Part shown: piece by piece, positions 60,257 through 64,000 of the stretch
How the letters are laid out: each line of letters starts with the position of its first letter
Numbering within the stretch: position 1 is the first letter of the stretch
Assembly: GCA_017935345.1 (NCBI GenBank)
Contig: JAGBHU010000052.1
Coordinates: 5,250-69,249, forward strand
DNA: 64,000 nt
Direction: 5' to 3'
Origin: Coprococcus sp.
GTDB taxonomy: Bacteria; Bacillota; Clostridia; Lachnospirales; Lachnospiraceae
Program-made: the position numbers and the translations under genes
Notes under the pieces: model-generated
Seen by the model: only the letters and a program-made list of their open reading frames with translations
What the model was told of the DNA's origin: nothing
The model's database searches: none

Positions 60257-60682
60257 ATGAAGAGTATGAGTAATTTAATGAAATATCTGATTGTTGCGGT
60301 GACTGCTACGGTAATCAGTATGATATGCATCTTATTAGGTGTTGTTATAAGTGGATTTGCACTGTTAGGAATCGCGGGGCTTGCAGTTGCTGTGGTGGCA
60401 TTGTCATTCTACATAATATTCCTGACTGCATTTATAGCGAATAAATATGGAAAGAAAAAGCCTTCTCCTTGTGGTGTGTTTGCTATAGTTGATATCATTT
60501 TGATGCTGGGTACCGGTATTTATGCAGTATATGATATCATGACGGATGTAGGCTGGTTTGCCGGTTTGTTTGGGACACTACTTCTTATATATGTGCTTCC
60601 CTGTATGCTGCTGTTGCTGATTATAGATGGAATTGTGGCTTTGATAATTTGGAGAAAGAAAAGAAAACAGGAGTTTACATAA
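60257..60682 (+). CDS. hypothetical small membrane protein (4 TM)
   Basis: ORF 60203-60682; ATG 60257 (MKSMSNL) with GGAGAAATA RBS; immediately precedes and probably co-transcribed with dus. Confidence 0.45.
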   Translation: MKSMSNLMKYLIVAVTATVISMICILLGVVISGFALLGIAGLAVAVVALSFYIIFLTAFIANKYGKKKPSPCGVFAIVDIILMLGTGIYAVYDIMTDVGWFAGLFGTLLLIYVLPCMLLLLIIDGIVALIIWRKKRKQEFT

Positions 60683-60683
60683 T

Positions 60684-61787
60684 ATGAAAATTTATATGGC
60701 TCCCATGGAAGGCATAACAGGTTATCTGTATCGGAATACATATAACAGATATTTTAAGGGTGTAGATAAATATTTTACGCCATTTATTGCACCTGCAAAG
60801 GGAAGACCTCTTAGAACGAGAGAGCTTCAGGATATATTGCCTGAGAATAATAAAGGGCTTGCTGTTGTTCCGCAGATACTGACGAATGATGTGGATGATT
60901 TTATGAAAACGGCAAAGTTTTTAAAAGAATATGGCTATACAGAAGTTAACATAAATCTAGGCTGCCCGTCAGGAACCGTCGTGTCAAAAGGGAAGGGGGC
61001 AGGTCTGCTATATGACATTGACAGACTTGATGCTTTCCTTTATGGAGTGTATGAAGCGGATATCATGAAAGTGTCAATAAAGACGCGTATAGGTAAGCTG
61101 TTTCCGGAAGAATTTGAGGATATTATAAATGTATATATGAAATATCCCATATCAGAGCTTATCATACATCCCAGAGTCCAGACGGATTATTACAGGAATA
61201 CGCCGAATATGGAGACTTTTAAAACCGGAGTGTGTCAGTATCTTTCGGAACGACAGACCAAAATGTGTTGTGATAGTGACAGGTTTTATACAGAGTCTTC
61301 CAATAATAAATTGGGAATAGTTCATGATGAACGGGAAATCTGTTATAATGGTGATATATTTGATTTGGATGCATATAATCATTTGAAAAACAAATATACT
61401 TTTATATCAAAGGTAATGTTGGGAAGAGGACTCATTGGAAATCCATTTCTGCCTGAGATGATGAAAAGCAGCAAATTGGGTACTGAGGATAGAGAAAATG
61501 CGAATCGCTTAAAGGGCTTCCATAATGAACTTTTGTCGGCTTATCGCAATTCTCTTGGTGATAACAATACGCTTTTTAAGATGAAAGAGCTGTGGTTATA
61601 TATGGGGCAATTGTTTGACGGAAATTTGGATGCGGGAAAGTATTTGAAGAAGATTAAAAAGTCTAAAAATATGGAAGAATATAAAATAGCTGTAAATGGA
61701 TTGATGGAAACTTCCCGTTTGAGAGTTGACAACAAAAAATCCATGAATTATAATTTGCATATTGATGGCGATGACGAAGACGAGTAG
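60684..61787 (+). CDS. tRNA-dihydrouridine synthase family protein
   Basis: 367 aa; MAPMEGIT, NLGCPS(G)..., KTRIG TIM-barrel Dus motifs; extra C-terminal about 100 aa. Confidence 0.8.
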   Translation: MKIYMAPMEGITGYLYRNTYNRYFKGVDKYFTPFIAPAKGRPLRTRELQDILPENNKGLAVVPQILTNDVDDFMKTAKFLKEYGYTEVNINLGCPSGTVVSKGKGAGLLYDIDRLDAFLYGVYEADIMKVSIKTRIGKLFPEEFEDIINVYMKYPISELIIHPRVQTDYYRNTPNMETFKTGVCQYLSERQTKMCCDSDRFYTESSNNKLGIVHDEREICYNGDIFDLDAYNHLKNKYTFISKVMLGRGLIGNPFLPEMMKSSKLGTEDRENANRLKGFHNELLSAYRNSLGDNNTLFKMKELWLYMGQLFDGNLDAGKYLKKIKKSKNMEEYKIAVNGLMETSRLRVDNKKSMNYNLHIDGDDEDE

Positions 61788-61794
61788 CGCACTT

Positions 61795-62060
61795 TATCGC
61801 TTACAGCGAGTCGGGGACGGTGAAAGCCTGGCAGAGTGAATGGGCGTGAATAACAACTTTAACAGCCGACATTTTTAAAGAAGTGACTGCAAGGCAGTAA
61901 GTCAGGTGGCACCGCGGACAGAGAGAGCTTATGTTCGTCCTGAATATTTTTGAGATATTCAAGATGAACATAAGCTCTTTTGATTTTTGTGCATAGAGAG
62001 AACTTTGCCGCAGGCAGACCTTGCAGTTATGCATATTTTAGGAAATTAGAGAAAAAGGAG
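61795..62060 (+). promoter_or_regulatory. T-box riboswitch leader (probable Asp specifier) with terminator/antiterminator
   Basis: T-box sequence AGGUGGCACCGCGG (about 61902-61915); candidate specifier GAC(A) in agccGACAtt; terminator gagcttatgttc...gaacataagctc tttt (61925-61990) directly upstream of aspS. Confidence 0.7.
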
Positions 62061-62067
62061 AAACGAA

Positions 62068-63819
62068 ATGACAACAGCAAATATTTATCGTGACAGATTA
62101 TTAAACGAGATTACGGAAGTTGATGTAGATGCAACGATCAAAGTAGCCGGCTGGGTTGAGAATATACGTGACCACGGTGGTGTATCCTTTATCGACCTTC
62201 GTGACATGTATGGCGTGCTTCAGGTCGTTATGCGTGATACGACACTTTTGGATGGTATCAGTAAGGAGGATTGTGTATCGATTGAGGGTAAAATAGAACA
62301 TAGAGATGAGGAGACATACAATCCGAAGATTCCTACAGGTACTATCGAGCTTGAGGCGCATACTGTAGAGGTGCTTGGTAAGGTATACAAGCAGGTTCCG
62401 TTTGAGATTATGACTTCAAAGGAAACTCGTGAGGATGTAAGACTGAAGTACAGATATCTGGATTTAAGAAATAAGAAAGTAAAAGATAACATGATATTCA
62501 GAAGTCAGGTTATCAGCTTCCTTCGTCAGAAGATGACAGAGATGGGCTTCCTTGAAATCCAGACACCGATTTTATGTGCTTCATCACCGGAGGGGGCAAG
62601 AGATTATATTGTGCCATCGAGAAAGTTTAAGGGCAAATTTTATGCTCTTCCACAGGCACCACAGCAGTATAAGCAGCTTTTAATGGTTGCAGGCTTTGAC
62701 AAGTATTTCCAGATTGCACCGTGCTTTCGGGATGAGGATGCAAGGGCAGACCGTTCACCGGGTGAATTCTACCAGCTTGATTTTGAAATGAGCTTTGCGA
62801 CACAGGAGGATGTGTTTGCAATCGGAGAAGAAGTGCTGTCAGCTACATTTGAGAAGTTTGCTCCGGAAGGTGCAACGGTAACACAGGCACCATATCCTGT
62901 CATCAGCTATAAGCAGGCTATGCTGGAGTTTGGTACAGATAAGCCTGACCTTCGAAATCCGCTTAGAATCATTGATTTGACAGATTTCTTCCAGAGATGT
63001 ACATTTGCTCCGTTCCATGGCAAGACGGTTCGTGCAATCAATGTTCCTGCGAAGCTTTCAAAGGGACAGCATGAGAAGCTTCTGAAGTATGCACAGTCAA
63101 TTGGTATGGGAGGACTTGGATATCTTGAGGTTCTTCCCGACATGACATATAAGGGACCGATTGACAAATTCATTCCTGAGGATATGAAGGGTGAGATTAA
63201 AGAGCTTGCAGGACTGGAAGAGGGTAATACCATCTTCTTCATTGCAGATGTAGAAGACCTTGCTGCATCATTTGCAGGACAGCTTCGTACTGAGATAGCA
63301 ACAAGACTGGATATGATAGAGAAGAATGCATATCGCTTCTGTTATATTAATGATTTTCCGATGTATGAGTACGATAAGGAAACAAAGAAGATTATATTTA
63401 CACATAATCCGTTCTCCATGCCACAGGGAGGTCTTGAGGCATTAAATGAGAAGGACCCACTGGAGATTCTGGCTTATCAGTATGATATTGTATGTAACGG
63501 TATTGAGCTTTCATCAGGTGCTGTCAGAAACCACAATCTTGATATTATGGTAAAGGCATTTGAGATTGCAGGATATACAGAGGAAGATCTTAAGGAGAAA
63601 TTTGGCGCACTTTACAATGCATTCCAGTTTGGTGCCCCACCGCATGCAGGAATGGCACCTGGTGTAGACCGTATGATTATGCTCCTTAGAAACGAGGAAA
63701 ACATCAGAGAGGTTATACCATTCCCTATGAATGGTAATGCGCAGGATTTGATGTGCGGTGCACCTGGAGAAGTTACAGAGCAGCAGCTTCGAGAGGTTCA
63801 TATTAAGGTGAGACAGTAG
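62068..63819 (+). CDS. aspS: aspartate--tRNA ligase (bacterial type)
   Basis: 583 aa; OB-fold anticodon-binding N-terminus, class II motifs (FRDED..R, GGLG.., GxGxDR: PGVDRMIML). Confidence 0.92.
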   Translation: MTTANIYRDRLLNEITEVDVDATIKVAGWVENIRDHGGVSFIDLRDMYGVLQVVMRDTTLLDGISKEDCVSIEGKIEHRDEETYNPKIPTGTIELEAHTVEVLGKVYKQVPFEIMTSKETREDVRLKYRYLDLRNKKVKDNMIFRSQVISFLRQKMTEMGFLEIQTPILCASSPEGARDYIVPSRKFKGKFYALPQAPQQYKQLLMVAGFDKYFQIAPCFRDEDARADRSPGEFYQLDFEMSFATQEDVFAIGEEVLSATFEKFAPEGATVTQAPYPVISYKQAMLEFGTDKPDLRNPLRIIDLTDFFQRCTFAPFHGKTVRAINVPAKLSKGQHEKLLKYAQSIGMGGLGYLEVLPDMTYKGPIDKFIPEDMKGEIKELAGLEEGNTIFFIADVEDLAASFAGQLRTEIATRLDMIEKNAYRFCYINDFPMYEYDKETKKIIFTHNPFSMPQGGLEALNEKDPLEILAYQYDIVCNGIELSSGAVRNHNLDIMVKAFEIAGYTEEDLKEKFGALYNAFQFGAPPHAGMAPGVDRMIMLLRNEENIREVIPFPMNGNAQDLMCGAPGEVTEQQLREVHIKVRQ

Positions 63820-63912
63820 GGATAAATAAAAACCCTAAAAGTATTCAAGTATTAAAATAGTTGACAAATGCCTGTAATCCTACTAAAATACTGGGATAAA
63901 GGAGGCGGATGC

Positions 63913-64000
63913 TATGACAAGAGATGAAGCATGGAAGTTATTGACGGAATATAATAAAGAGGAGTTCCATTTGGAGCATGCACAGATCGTTGAGCAGACG
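63913..64000 (+). CDS. partial ORF (5' end only), possible HD-domain hydrolase
   Basis: MTRDEAWKLLTEYNKEEFHLEHAQIVEQ resembles N-termini of HDIG/HD phosphohydrolases; AAGGAGG RBS; truncated by window end. Confidence 0.35.

Overview
This 64 kb window looks like chromosomal DNA from a low-GC Gram-positive anaerobe, probably Clostridia/Lachnospiraceae-like. The evidence is AT-rich intergenic DNA, GGAGG ribosome-binding sites, a type-A RNase P RNA, and the gene orders dgt-dnaG-rpoD-trmK and sbcD-sbcC. Most of the window is core metabolism and information processing. Genes include dapF-dapL, a cytoplasmic GH13 amylase, an ABC-F ATPase with trpS, a sugar ABC transporter operon, pspA with an SPFH protein, pcrA, nadR, and an array of seven tRNAs on the minus strand. 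Further along are aroK, corA, a two-component system, tRNA-Gly, an LtaS-like enzyme, guaB, dus, and aspS behind a T-box leader. The ORF track misses rnpB (RNase P RNA, minus strand, about 24095-24443). Three patches look accessory. The first, next to rnpB, is a cluster of a papain-like (C39/BtrH_N-type) cysteine peptidase, a nitroreductase, an RPH-like PEP-utilising phosphotransferase and a translationally coupled peptidase-C26/GATase1-like hydrolase, followed by a PaaI thioesterase. The second is an orphan TnpV-family gene and a membrane protein followed by about 850 bp of non-coding DNA containing a promoter and repeated motifs. The third is a set of proteins carrying in-frame tandem repeats. 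I found no CRISPR array, no integrase or recombinase, and no recognisable toxin-antitoxin or restriction-modification genes. The candidate system (24.6-29.7 kb) is inferred from domain architecture and gene order only. All coordinates for RNAs, promoters and terminators were hand-derived and may be off by a few nucleotides.
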